The translations under genes were made by a program, and so were the position numbers. A model generated the notes under the pieces. It did not search any database. It saw nothing but the letters and a program-made list of their open reading frames with translations, and was not told where the DNA came from. This document shows positions 1-10,891 of a stretch of 64,000 nucleotides of DNA, piece after piece. The stretch spans positions 124,001 through 188,000 of IMG/VR virus record IMGVR_UViG_3300047994_000374, one strand, 5' to 3'. Numbering within the stretch: the stretch's first letter is position 1; each line of letters starts with the position of its first letter.

Positions 1-113
1 TGTAGTGATGTCGTTAAATTATAAGCATTGGATACATTTACTAAAACAGTCAAATCTCCATTAGCTGCCGTTGATGATGTACCAGAAGTAATTTTAACGA
101 TTTCACTTTTTTC
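1..113 (-). other. Open in-frame continuation beyond the TAA of the tailspike gene, running off the window
   Basis: After TAA (114-116) the same frame reads EKSEIVKITSGTSSTAANGDLTVLVNVSNAYNLTTSL with no start codon; fibre-like composition. Confidence 0.4.
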
Positions 114-3100
114 TTAAATAACCGTCCAAGTAGGCGTTAATAATTTCGTAGAAGATATACTCATTTCTTCGTAGCCCGCGCTCAATACTAAATGAGTATC
201 ATCTGTAATAGATTTAACTATATAGTATTTGTCCGGATCTGAACTAAAATATACAGGTTGATTTACTTTTAATAAAGTAGTAAATGATGTGCCCGTTCCA
301 GTAACATTTGCATTAAGCGCATTTAAAGATACTGTTCCATTTATTTGTAGTGGAGCACAACTCAGATAAGCTTTTTGTCCTGGATTTATTGGCACCGTCG
401 CGTTTGCATTACAACCAACGTTAATATTATAATTTGTATAGTTATAAATAATTCTTTCATACCCGGCAATACATGGTAAAAATAAATTATGCGATGTTGT
501 CATAACATTATTTGTATCTTGTACATAAATTGTTTTCCATAAGAAATCATTAACTAAAGCGGTGTAATCAGTGTCTGTTACCCAGTTAATTGTATGTGAG
601 CTTAATTCTTGCGGCGTAATGTAAACGGGTCCTTGAATTCCATATCCATCTTCAGGCATCCAAGGCTCATAGAATGGTAAATATATGGTCGTAGCAGTTG
701 CTGTGGTTCCCGAATAAGCTTGCGTCAATGTGAATGTAGTACTCGATGTGACTGTCGAGGCGACAATATATTTTGAATTTGGCTGCGTAATGAAAGTAAC
801 TGGAGCGCCAGCAATAAATGTTTGTGCTGTTGATGCGGTAACGGTATTCGATCCATTAATGACATGGAAGGTGCCAACTGCGGTGATATTTTTATTATCT
901 GGATAATATCTTTGACCAGACAATCGAATAGGCCCTGTTCGAAATCCATCTAATGTAACTGGTTCAAAATGAAATATACCTTGAGTTGGTAATGACCCGC
1001 CGATGTCCAAATCTAAAATAGCCTCAATATTTGTAGCTTGACACCCTCCCATTCTAAATAATGGAATACCTGGGCTTGTCGCTAATGCAATAGCGCCACC
1101 AAAAATATTCAATTGTGATAGTGATCCAATAAACATTGCACAATCTGTCACAAAAGTTTGGTCATCATAAATGTAATTATCTATAATTGTAGCTGGTTGC
1201 CCAGGACTAACATCTGCAAAAAAATAAGCTCCGAAGCCAGATGGAACAATGTATAAATTTGAAAACAATCCTCCACACTGTGATGTAATTGCCCAACCAT
1301 TTGAAACAATTTGTGTATTACTTACTTCTACGAATGCTGATCCCTGATCTATTCCAATACCAAAATTCCAATAATTACCAGCGGCGTTGCCTTGAACTTG
1401 GATAACACAATCTGATATTCGGGTTCTATAAGAGAATTGACAAATTTCTAATCCTCGACTGTAAGAGAAAAAATTACAACGACTTATATTGCTATTGAGC
1501 AATGCGCTTGTAGTAATACATGCGCCTATACTTTGGAACTGTAGATCGCTAACATTTGATCCAATAGAATAATTGTCTCCCCAAGGTTGAAATCTAAGCC
1601 AAACATGATATGGATTTAAATTGTAATTTACTGTTGTTGATTGTGCTATAATGTAGCCTGCCGCCAAATTTGGACTTCCAAAGCCTGTTGGGGCTGGAAC
1701 TACGGGTCGATGGGCGCTACTGAAATTTACTAAAAATGCCGTTAGTCGATTAATTAAAATTAGCTCAGATGTTGGAGCGGTAAAATTTGCATTATAAATG
1801 GCTTGTTGACACATTCTAACAGAACCATATTGAAACCCCGTTCCATAATTATATGCAAGATCGCCAACAGTAATGCCCCAACCCGAAACATCCTGACCAA
1901 TCATAATCGTTTCATAATTATTTTGAACGATAGTTCCCGTTGCAGTGGTAGAAGTTTTAGTACCATTAACAAAAACACACAAGTGAATTCCATCATAAGT
2001 AAAAGCAACATGATTCATATTTCCAGCTGTAACTGCATTTGTTGAAGTTACTGAAAAGGAGCCATTTGTTGTAGTGATATTGATAGAAATAAAATTACTG
2101 GAGTTGGTATAATTATTTGCGAATAAAAATGCTTCAGAAGCTGGTCCGGAACCACGACTTCCGCCCGAGCAAACTAATATTTGCGTTTGATTTGCGGTTA
2201 TTGGATCATAAAACATTTCAAAAGTCAGTCCAGAAATCCCCACAACTGCACCTGATGAAATAGTAGCGCCAGCAGCTGCGTTCTCTGGAAAGCCAGTATT
2301 ATATAATGAAATATGAGTGCTATCTATAACTGTCAGATTATAAATGCCACCTCCTATAATCCATACTTTTCCATTACCCGGATATGTGGTTGGAAACCCT
2401 GCCGTGCTAACTACTGAAACAGTAACGGCCGCATTGATTGCTGGCTGTGTAAAATTAGCAGTAGTTGTTGTTGATACTCCAAATCCATGAATATCATTTC
2501 CTAAAGTTTGTCCAAAATTAATTTGACCAAAAGTAGCATGTAATCCCAAACTACCAGGAGATACTGTCGCTGTAGTAATTGCTCCCCTAACTGTATAAAT
2601 TGGATCATAAACAGTTTGTCCTACTTGAAAAATTGGAAATGTATCACCATCACCTAAAGATATTGATGTTCCAATATTTACGCCATTTGTTCCAAAGGCG
2701 CCTGCTCCTTTTAAACTAACACCAAGGTATGGATTAAATATTGGTGCAGTTGTTCGGTAAATTGTAGTAGCACCAGTTAAAAGTTGAGCAGTAGCGATAC
2801 CAGTTACTGGAAAATATACAGTTTGTTCTGAGCCAACAGTATATGCATAGTTAATTGCAGCTTGAATGGCAGCGGTATCGTCCGTTATACCATCACCTTT
2901 GGCGCCAAAATCTAAAACATTGATATAAGAATTTTGTCTATTAATCCATTGATACCCATCATAAACTAATGCGTCTCCAACAGTAGAATTGTAGCCATCT
3001 ATTAATTTGCCGCCCCACCGCCAGAAATAATAATATTTTCTAATGTTGTTAATCGATTTGCTACTGTTCCATAAATACCAGCAGGATTAACACCCAAGGC

Positions 3101-3223
3101 TTGTTCAATGCCTAATATTGCAGATCGTAATTGATTAAATATATCGCCAGTAATGGGCGTCAGAAGATCAATTGCTTGCGGTAAAGTAATTATATTATCT
3201 ATTTGCGCAGGATAAACGGTCAT
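114..3223 (-). CDS. Tailspike/depolymerase-like virion protein (anchor module + pectate-lyase-3-type beta-helix + LamG-like domain), split by a -1 frameshift near 3013-3016
   Basis: 73-aa ORF 3002-3223 is homologous to the N-terminus of the 3272-5719 protein. The -1 frame continues without a start codon as GKLIDGYNSTVGDALVYDGYQWINRQNFYINVLDFGAKGDGITDDTAAIQAAIN directly into ORF 114-2549, which has LamG-like NHVAFTYDG..VFVNG. Confidence 0.75.
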
Positions 3224-3271
3224 GTAAGCCTATAAGAATGCGTAATTAGGAGTTGTATGTTAATATTTATA

Positions 3272-5719
3272 TTATTGAGTAATTATCAACTGCGCGCCAT
3301 AACAAACAACACTTGTTCCATTTGTTCCACTATATAATTCTGCAGTAATAACGCCTGAGCCAGTGACCGATTCCAATGCAGTTATTTCTACTCTAACATG
3401 ATGTAATGTAGAATCTGTACTATAAGAAACTAATGAGCTGGATATAACTGTAGGAATTCCACTTAATGTTATTCCACTAACATCAAATAAATCTAAATTA
3501 ACAGTCGTACCAGGTGAAGATGTTTGAATAATACAATCTAAATAAACTTTATTATGATTAGTTAGAGGAGTAAAATAACATGCTCCTATAATTAGTTTAC
3601 TTGTGTTATCATTTGTTGTTGAACTTACTCCTGATAATAATGAAAACTGTGTTAATGGGCCAATGACAACTGCAATGCCACCTAAAATTGACCAATTAGT
3701 TCCATCAGCTACTAACTCTATTGAGCCATAATTAGTTGCTAAAGTAAAAGAGCTATATCCATCTATTAAATCAGAACTATGATGTAATATACTAATATTA
3801 TTTGTTGAGGCATTTCCTGATGAGTCTTTAATTAATAGACGTCGGCCTGCTCGCGGCGAAGGTAGTGTAATTGTTGCAGGACTAGCGCGATTAACTAAAA
3901 TTGCCTGATCTGGGCCATAACCGTCTACAGTATATGTAGCTCCAGTAATAGTTCTTGCGGCTATCTGTAATGCTGCGCCAGATGTTATTAATGCATTAGT
4001 AGTATCTGCATTTTGCCCAATACTTAAAATATTAGTACCATTAATATTATATTTCCAAGATGTCAATAAAGAGTCTATACTATCAAAAGTAAATGCTCCT
4101 GTTACATTTACGGTTTTAAACGCTGGTATAATATAGGATACAATTGAATTTGAAGTTGTTGCTATTTGTAAATTGCCTACTGCACCGTTTAAAGAAACGA
4201 CCGTATTAGTTATTTGTAATCCATATTGTCCCGCTCCTGCACTAAATAAAACATCTCCAAAACCATCTGTTGATATTAACGGATAATCTGCATTATTAGC
4301 TGTATTCCGATAAGATAAAATGTTCAATTGTGTAGCTCGTGTATTATTATTAACATCGCCCAATCGAATTAATCCGGATTGAGCTAAACCGGTAGAGCCA
4401 ACTGAAATAAAACCAGAACCAATAACAAATTGTTCTGTAGCATTTGTATTAAATTGCCATGATGTTAATTCTGAATCGCTATCGAAAGTAAATGCGTGAT
4501 TCGAAGTATTTACGCTAGCCACATGATTTGCATTAAATCCACTGTTATATGCACTTTGAAGTTTAAATGAGGTATCATCGAAACCAAATGAATTGCCATA
4601 TCCAGTAATTAATTGAATCGTGGCGCTTTGCCCTAAAATTAAAGCACCAACGCCTGTACCAGTGGTTAAATAAATATCAGAAGCTGCATCAGTCCAAAGA
4701 ATTGGAATGTCAGAAGTATTAGCACTATTACGAGCTGATATGATATTTGTTGAATTATAAGACCCTGTAGATATAACATTTCCTAATCGAATTAAACCAG
4801 TAGAAGATTGATGTCCACTAGCGTCTGGAAAAGATAAGTGAGATCCATTTGGAATATTTATTTCAGTTGGTAAAATGCCCAATGCATTAGCGCCATTAAT
4901 ATTAAATTTCCATTCAGTTAAATTGACGTCAGAATCAAATGAGAATATTCCAGTATATCCAACGCTTTGAAAACCGCTATTGACGCCACTTTGTATATGA
5001 CCACTTATTACTGCTAATGAATTTCCCGCTGAAGCTAACAAATTAACATAATAACCTGCAATTTGCGTTACCATAGAATTTGATCCAAAATATAAATCAA
5101 GAGAGCCGTCAGTACTTATAATCGAAACATCTCCTGTATTTGTATAATTACGGCTAGTTATAATATTTGTTGCTATCTGCTCAACATTGCCTAATCGAAT
5201 TAATCCAGATTGAGCCACTCCTGAATGTGCTCCAAATTCTAATGAAGCACTTGGAATGTTAACTAATCCACCTAATCCTGTTAAACTAATAACTTGTTGA
5301 CTTGTAGCTGATCCTCTTAAATCACCACCCGCACTAAATCCTGCTGGAGCAGCTTTCGGTTCCCAATAACCATCTGTAGCTGACCAAGTTAAAATATATC
5401 CGTCAGATGGTGCAGTAGATGCTATTGGTCTTCCTTGAATGCCTATTACTTTTGGAGATGGATAACTTAAGCCAAGATCTCCGCTTGCTGGGCCGGTTGG
5501 TGTTCCGCCTCCACCGCCTGTAATAATGCTTTCAAGTGTATCTAAACGAGAACGAACTGTCCCGTAAATTGTGCTTGGTTTTACCCCTAATTCTTTTTCA
5601 ACGGCAACAATCGCATCTCTTAATGCATTGACGACCGAAGCGGCTACTGGCGTTAAATTGTCAGTAGAAGGCGGCAGCGTAATATTGTTGTCGATGCTAT
5701 CAGGGTAGTTGGTAGTCAA
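3272..5719 (-). CDS. Tail fibre-like virion protein with three internal repeats
   Basis: N-terminal anchor module, GDL..YP.PKVIGIQG motif, three copies of (S/T)GLIRLG.V...RN..N..D..I..TD; Gly/Ser/Thr-rich. Confidence 0.7.
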   Translation of the reverse strand: MTTNYPDSIDNNITLPPSTDNLTPVAASVVNALRDAIVAVEKELGVKPSTIYGTVRSRLDTLESIITGGGGGTPTGPASGDLGLSYPSPKVIGIQGRPIASTAPSDGYILTWSATDGYWEPKAAPAGFSAGGDLRGSATSQQVISLTGLGGLVNIPSASLEFGAHSGVAQSGLIRLGNVEQIATNIITSRNYTNTGDVSIISTDGSLDLYFGSNSMVTQIAGYYVNLLASAGNSLAVISGHIQSGVNSGFQSVGYTGIFSFDSDVNLTEWKFNINGANALGILPTEINIPNGSHLSFPDASGHQSSTGLIRLGNVISTGSYNSTNIISARNSANTSDIPILWTDAASDIYLTTGTGVGALILGQSATIQLITGYGNSFGFDDTSFKLQSAYNSGFNANHVASVNTSNHAFTFDSDSELTSWQFNTNATEQFVIGSGFISVGSTGLAQSGLIRLGDVNNNTRATQLNILSYRNTANNADYPLISTDGFGDVLFSAGAGQYGLQITNTVVSLNGAVGNLQIATTSNSIVSYIIPAFKTVNVTGAFTFDSIDSLLTSWKYNINGTNILSIGQNADTTNALITSGAALQIAARTITGATYTVDGYGPDQAILVNRASPATITLPSPRAGRRLLIKDSSGNASTNNISILHHSSDLIDGYSSFTLATNYGSIELVADGTNWSILGGIAVVIGPLTQFSLLSGVSSTTNDNTSKLIIGACYFTPLTNHNKVYLDCIIQTSSPGTTVNLDLFDVSGITLSGIPTVISSSLVSYSTDSTLHHVRVEITALESVTGSGVITAELYSGTNGTSVVCYGAQLIITQ

Positions 5720-5744
5720 TTATTTTCGCCTTTAATTCATTTAT

Positions 5745-5762
5745 ATGCGAAATATTTGGCAT
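5745..5762. promoter_or_regulatory. Near-palindromic bidirectional late-type promoter candidate ATGCGAAATATTTGGCAT
   Basis: Lies between divergent genes; reads AAATATTT(C/G)GCAT on both strands. Confidence 0.45.
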
Positions 5763-5795
5763 TAATCTGAATTCTCATTTTAACAAGGACCCTGA

Positions 5796-6233
5796 ATGAA
5801 ATCTCTCGATCAAATCAATAAGTTAGTTGCCAAGTTTGAAGCAAAATTATCATTAGCTCAAGATGTCCAGGTTCAGCAACAAGGAACCACCGAACTTTTC
5901 TTTGGTGATGAAAGTAAGCAAATGGCTTTCAATGCAAAAATTCAAGATGGTAAAGGAGCGGTCGCTAAGGTGCTTTTTGATTATTACAGCAAATCAGGTG
6001 GCAAGCCCTGCTCATTTAGTTTAAGTGCTTCTGCTAATCCAAATGTGGGCGCCAAATGGTCTTTAACGACTTCACCAGCATCATTGGCGACTCCTCTTGC
6101 AAAAGCGTTAGATGCAGCTTTACGAACCATTACGGGCAAGGGAATGGCAGATACACAAAAATTTGCTGATGCTGCTGCCAAAAAAGGTGGCGGGTCCGGC
6201 GAGCTTCAAATTGGCAGCTTAGACGCATCATGA
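5796..6233 (+). CDS. Hypothetical protein, possibly virion-associated
   Basis: 145-aa ORF, AAGGA Shine-Dalgarno, Ala/Gly/Lys-rich. Confidence 0.6.
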   Translation: MKSLDQINKLVAKFEAKLSLAQDVQVQQQGTTELFFGDESKQMAFNAKIQDGKGAVAKVLFDYYSKSGGKPCSFSLSASANPNVGAKWSLTTSPASLATPLAKALDAALRTITGKGMADTQKFADAAAKKGGGSGELQIGSLDAS

Positions 6234-6255
6234 GTAAAACATAATAGGAGTTAAT

Positions 6256-6915
6256 ATGGCATTTGATGATCTTGTAAAATTAATGATTACTTATTTTCCA
6301 AATGCCACTATTGCTTATAAAGACCAATCTCTATTAATGAAGTTATTAGGTTATCTTTTATTTTTTAATCCTGATTTCATGACAACTTTTACTACAACAA
6401 TTGGAAATACGATTTATTTTCCATCCCAAGATTATGTAAAGTCTCACCCTGTATCAGCTCAAGTGATATTACTTCATGAAATGACCCATCTTTATGATAA
6501 AAATAGATTGGGAACCTTTTTATTCACAACCTCTTATTTATTCCCTCAACTATTAGCTCCATTTACTTTGCTGCTATTATTTGTTTTATCATGGAAATTT
6601 GTATTACCACTATTTATTTTATGCTTATTACCATTGCCTGCTTATTTTCGAACTTACTTTGAGAAGCGAGCTTATATGGTTGCTATGTATGTTACTTATC
6701 TATTAAGCAAAAAAGAAAATTTTGATCCAAAGTTAGCGGTTCAGGAGGAAGATTTCTTGGGCTACATACATGGTTCGGGCTATTATTTTATGTGGCCATT
6801 TGCCGGGATAAATGCAGAATTTGATGCAGCAACCAAAAATATTGAAGCTAATCATCGTCCCTTTACAGATGATGCTTTATTTACGATGATTGAATCCATT
6901 ATTCAAAAATCATAA
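6256..6915 (+). CDS. Membrane-associated HExxH zinc metallopeptidase-like protein
   Basis: TTIGNTIYFP...LLHEMTH, hydrophobic hairpin, downstream FEKRAY; AGGAG SD. Confidence 0.6.
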   Translation: MAFDDLVKLMITYFPNATIAYKDQSLLMKLLGYLLFFNPDFMTTFTTTIGNTIYFPSQDYVKSHPVSAQVILLHEMTHLYDKNRLGTFLFTTSYLFPQLLAPFTLLLLFVLSWKFVLPLFILCLLPLPAYFRTYFEKRAYMVAMYVTYLLSKKENFDPKLAVQEEDFLGYIHGSGYYFMWPFAGINAEFDAATKNIEANHRPFTDDALFTMIESIIQKS

Positions 6916-6961
6916 AACATTAAATTCATTCGATATATTATACTGTTGAAAGGTATAATGA

Positions 6962-8221
6962 ATGACGAATAAAGATGTCTATGATGTGGCGATTGTAGGA
7001 ATGGGTGTTGCCGGAAGTTTAGCTTGCCTCCGAATTTCTACACATCATAAAAATACTTCTGTAATAGCCTTTGATACTGGACGTCCTCCTGCCAAACGAA
7101 GACTTCAAATGTCGGGTTTCTTGGGACTTTTGCCAATGGGGGATGGAAAACTTTATTCAAATGATATCGAAAAGGTAGCAGAAATTCTTGGCGAACGAAA
7201 AACCAAAGCTGCACTCACGTACTTTAAAAAAGAATTCTCTAAAATAAATGATATGAAGGTAATTAAAGATACGGCGCCATCTATTAATTTAAAAAAGAAG
7301 ATTGTAAAAACTGGATATGATGTGGTTTTAAATGATCATATCCAAATGATACCAAAAGAAATTCATTTGCTATCTAAAAATATCGCCGCCGTATTGAATG
7401 AAAATAAGAAAATAAACTTTCAATATGATACTGAAGTTCAATCTATCCACAAAGAAAAGAATGCATTTATTATCACGACCACGGAAGATAAAGAATATAA
7501 ATGCAAGAAGCTCATTATTTCAGTTGGTCGAAGTGGTTGGAAATGGGCGTCTGAAATTTATGAGAAGTTTGGAATTATTGAAGATAATGACATTGCTCGA
7601 TTTGGAATTTGTGTTGAAATGAACGCTAATTTAATGAAAGATTTTAACATGTCCAATTGCTCATTATTAAAGAATGACATTGAGATTGGTCCAATGAACT
7701 GGCATGGAACCGTTCTACCCGCTGATCATGGTGATATGGCAATTTCGGCATTTAGAGGGAATGAAGAACGGTGGGTTACAGATAAGGTTTCTTTCTCCCT
7801 AATTGGTCACAAGAAAATTGCCGATATCAAAACAAAAGAAACGGAACATTTGGGTGGCTATCAACAGACAAATCGTATTGGGCAACTTACATTCCTACAA
7901 ACTCAAGATCGCATTGCTAAGGAAAAAATTTCAACATTTTTAAAAGGCGGAAGTAAGATAAGAGACTATCGAGAGTATGATTGGATTAAAAGTATTGTTA
8001 ATGAGTTAAAAACAATTATTCCTGATATTACAACAAAAGCTTATATGCATATTCCGTGTATTGTTCCAATGGTTCCCAAAATTAATGTGGGTAGCGATTT
8101 ATCAACTGAAGTTAATAATTTATATGTTGCTGGGGAAAGCGCGGGACTTATGGGAATTTTATCAGCAGGACTTACAGGAATTTGTGTTGCCGATGCGGTT
8201 TGTAAAGGAAAAAATAAATGA
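6962..8221 (+). CDS. FAD-dependent oxidoreductase
   Basis: DVAIVGMGVAG Rossmann motif, ISVGRSG, C-terminal LYVAGESAG..GI.SA. Confidence 0.8.
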   Translation: MTNKDVYDVAIVGMGVAGSLACLRISTHHKNTSVIAFDTGRPPAKRRLQMSGFLGLLPMGDGKLYSNDIEKVAEILGERKTKAALTYFKKEFSKINDMKVIKDTAPSINLKKKIVKTGYDVVLNDHIQMIPKEIHLLSKNIAAVLNENKKINFQYDTEVQSIHKEKNAFIITTTEDKEYKCKKLIISVGRSGWKWASEIYEKFGIIEDNDIARFGICVEMNANLMKDFNMSNCSLLKNDIEIGPMNWHGTVLPADHGDMAISAFRGNEERWVTDKVSFSLIGHKKIADIKTKETEHLGGYQQTNRIGQLTFLQTQDRIAKEKISTFLKGGSKIRDYREYDWIKSIVNELKTIIPDITTKAYMHIPCIVPMVPKINVGSDLSTEVNNLYVAGESAGLMGILSAGLTGICVADAVCKGKNK

Positions 8222-8586
8222 GTGTTATTGCAGGAAGTGCTTTTAAAGGTGATGAAGATACCGTATTTGATAAAGAAGGTTCTGGTGGAAAAGGTGGATA
8301 TCCATTAAGTAAATTCGAACACGAACTTTTTAAAGATGAAGATAATGCGGTGATGCCTATTGTCCGTGTGAAATATGTTGGGGCGGCAAACAAAGTAGAA
8401 AAATGGAAAATTTTTAGGGATGATGAGGTTGTATTTGTCGTTGAAGGCATTAAATTAGCAAAGAAAGAAAAAGAATTCTTACGATCTATTCAGGGAGTTA
8501 ATTTTCTTATTCAGCAATTTAAAATGGGCGAAGCAAAATCTTTTAATCAACTTAAAAAAACAATTAAAGAAGCTATTAAAAAATGA
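8218..8586 (+). CDS. Hypothetical protein
   Basis: 122-aa ORF coupled to the upstream gene by ATGA overlap. Confidence 0.65.
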   Translation: MSVIAGSAFKGDEDTVFDKEGSGGKGGYPLSKFEHELFKDEDNAVMPIVRVKYVGAANKVEKWKIFRDDEVVFVVEGIKLAKKEKEFLRSIQGVNFLIQQFKMGEAKSFNQLKKTIKEAIKK

Positions 8587-8587
8587 C

Positions 8588-8615
8588 TTGACAATAAATC
8601 TTCTTTGGTTAGATT
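8588..8615 (+). promoter_or_regulatory. Sigma70-type promoter TTGACA-N16-TAGATT
   Basis: Consensus -35 and TANNNT -10, ATG at 8623. Confidence 0.55.
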
Positions 8616-8622
8616 GGCTAAC

Positions 8623-8796
8623 ATGACGAAACAACAAATTAAAGCTATGGTATTAGATGTTATCAAACAGGCGGATTATGATGTCTATAAATCTTTACTT
8701 CCTGATGCAACTGGTGATACGGAATTTGCAGCCCAACAACTTCAAGAGTTAATTGAGGTGGTTGAAAAGCATTTGAAAAATTCTATTAAAAAATGA
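8623..8796 (+). CDS. Small hypothetical protein (start revised to ATG 8623)
   Basis: The TTG at 8605 falls inside the promoter; ATGA coupling to the next gene. Confidence 0.55.
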   Translation: MTKQQIKAMVLDVIKQADYDVYKSLLPDATGDTEFAAQQLQELIEVVEKHLKNSIKK

Positions 8797-9386
8797 ATTA
8801 TACTTTATATTGGTTTGATACTGAAACAACTGGTCTTAATTCAGACTGTGATATCATTGAATTATCTCTTATTCGTTCAACGGATTATGCTCAAAAAACT
8901 TGGTGGTTAAAACCAATAAATACAAATTCAATTGAACTTGGCGCATTAAGAGTAAATGGTCATAAATTAGAAGATATTACTTGGCAAACAAAAACGGGTA
9001 AAGACACTTATCGAAATCCATCAGAGGTTATTGTTGAAATTGAAAATTGGGTAAACGAAGATATGACTCCAGCTGAAGATAGAATCTTAGTGGCTCATAA
9101 CGTAGTTTTTGATAAAAATAAAATGGAACAATTATGGGCAAGGTGCAGCTCAACAGATACTTTTCCATTTGGACGCCGGACCTTAGATACTGGGACTATT
9201 GAATTTTTTATGGATTGGTGTAAAGGCGAAATGGCAGAAGGATATAGCCTTCGAAATTTAGCTAAAAAATATGGCGTAAAAAATGATAAAGCTCACACAG
9301 CGGCTTCAGATACATTAACACTTAAAGACATTTTTGAAAAGCAAGTGGAAGCTTTTAAAAAGATATTAGTTAAACAAGGTGATTAA
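8793..9386 (+). CDS. DEDDh 3'-5' exonuclease (DnaQ/epsilon-like)
   Basis: FDTETTGL, VAHNVVFD, AHTAASD motifs. Confidence 0.9.
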   Translation: MNYTLYWFDTETTGLNSDCDIIELSLIRSTDYAQKTWWLKPINTNSIELGALRVNGHKLEDITWQTKTGKDTYRNPSEVIVEIENWVNEDMTPAEDRILVAHNVVFDKNKMEQLWARCSSTDTFPFGRRTLDTGTIEFFMDWCKGEMAEGYSLRNLAKKYGVKNDKAHTAASDTLTLKDIFEKQVEAFKKILVKQGD

Positions 9387-10389
9387 AATTGTTTATGCTG
9401 CTGGCAATTCATTAAATTCAAAGATCCAGTTGAAGAGATTTTTGAATGCCATAAAAAATAAGAATTATCGCATTAAGGTTGCAGCTTATAAAAAGTCATC
9501 CCCAGTCAATACAAATATCGATTGGACATTAGATGCTTTGTTGGATTTTAGGAAACCTTCTCGATTTACTTTTGACTCAGATAATTTTCAAACATTTTAC
9601 GATCAAGTAAAAGCTTTCAGCCCCGATCTTATTATTTCAGACCTTGAACATTTTTCCAGTTATATTGCAAATCAGTTGGGTTGCATTCTTTGGCAGTATA
9701 GCTCGATTTATATTTACCATGCACTGGAACGCCATTATAAAGAAGCAATGGCATTTAAGAGGCATTACCGCGAAGCCATGACCGCGGAGCCAAACTATGA
9801 GCAAACCATTAAGAACCTCATTTTAAATTCAGATAAAAATTACATATGCTCTCATTTTGGAGATGTTCCCAATCCCCCACAAATCGCTTCTAATTTTGAA
9901 TGGGTACGCCCCTACCATCAAATAGGCAAAATATCAAAGCCATGCAAACATAATATCGTCGCTGGGATGTCAAATAATCATAAGCCAATACTCAATGCTT
10001 TAAATCAAAACGAAGATTGTGTCGCTTTTACAGATGGATGCATTGAATATTACCGTAATATTGTAATTAAACCTTTTATCAATGAAGAAGAATATTACTG
10101 CAACTTAAAAAATTGTTCGCTGATGGTGAGTCAGGGGCAAACTACTTTTTTATCAGATGCTTATTACAATGGAAAGTTTAGCGCCTTATATTTAGATTAT
10201 AGCGATATGGAGTGTGTTACGAATGGTATGATTTCTGATAAATTATTTTTCAGTAAAACCATGCCTATAAATGGCGACAAATTAGATGATTTTTTAAATA
10301 TTGATCACGAACCGAAATATAATTCAGGAATAGATATGATTCACAAAAAAATTGAAAACCTCTCGATATATAAAACACAGGAGCTATGA
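9379..10389 (+). CDS. GT-B fold glycosyltransferase-like protein
   Basis: MIKIVYAA start, FSPDLIISDLEHFS, C-terminal G.TTFLSDAYYNGK resembling UDP-sugar-binding GT-B C-domain. Confidence 0.55.
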   Translation: MIKIVYAAGNSLNSKIQLKRFLNAIKNKNYRIKVAAYKKSSPVNTNIDWTLDALLDFRKPSRFTFDSDNFQTFYDQVKAFSPDLIISDLEHFSSYIANQLGCILWQYSSIYIYHALERHYKEAMAFKRHYREAMTAEPNYEQTIKNLILNSDKNYICSHFGDVPNPPQIASNFEWVRPYHQIGKISKPCKHNIVAGMSNNHKPILNALNQNEDCVAFTDGCIEYYRNIVIKPFINEEEYYCNLKNCSLMVSQGQTTFLSDAYYNGKFSALYLDYSDMECVTNGMISDKLFFSKTMPINGDKLDDFLNIDHEPKYNSGIDMIHKKIENLSIYKTQEL

Positions 10390-10868
10390 TGACCGAAGAA
10401 AAAAATAAGTTTTTAAAATTAGGCAAAGTTAAAGAAGTAAAGGGAAGCATCGTCAATCCAGAAAATGGCGGACTTCGCTTCATATTAAGTATCAACAATA
10501 TGGTTGGCAAGCCAGAAGGCAACCCACTATTAAGTATATTTGATAGAAAGTGGCCAAAGGTCCGCGCTGAAAGCAAAGGTTGGTATGGCAATAAAGATCG
10601 TAACTATGTATTGGGCGCGGTTCATAATGTTGCCGTTCAATCGGATGTTTGGGTAAATATGATGCTCGTTCAAGGCGACGATCTTAATGTTGATTTGATT
10701 GGATTAAAGAAAGCATTAGTAGAGGTTCAAAAGCAAGCTGCCGCTGAACAGGCATCAGTCCATGTTTCCAATGTTCTTGTTGATAAGGTTCCCGAGCTAA
10801 AACAATTGGTATCGACTTGTTTGGTTGAAAAGGGAACGAGCGTTTATTTCTACACTGAAACTGCGTAA
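10386..10868 (+). CDS. Divergent macro-domain-like protein
   Basis: VKEVKGSIVNP, I...NN..G, KWP, LGAV, VWV.MM.VQ, A....ASVH pattern; glycine-rich loops degenerate. Confidence 0.5.
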   Translation: MMTEEKNKFLKLGKVKEVKGSIVNPENGGLRFILSINNMVGKPEGNPLLSIFDRKWPKVRAESKGWYGNKDRNYVLGAVHNVAVQSDVWVNMMLVQGDDLNVDLIGLKKALVEVQKQAAAEQASVHVSNVLVDKVPELKQLVSTCLVEKGTSVYFYTETA

Positions 10869-10891
10869 GGTGATTAAATTAATATAACTAC

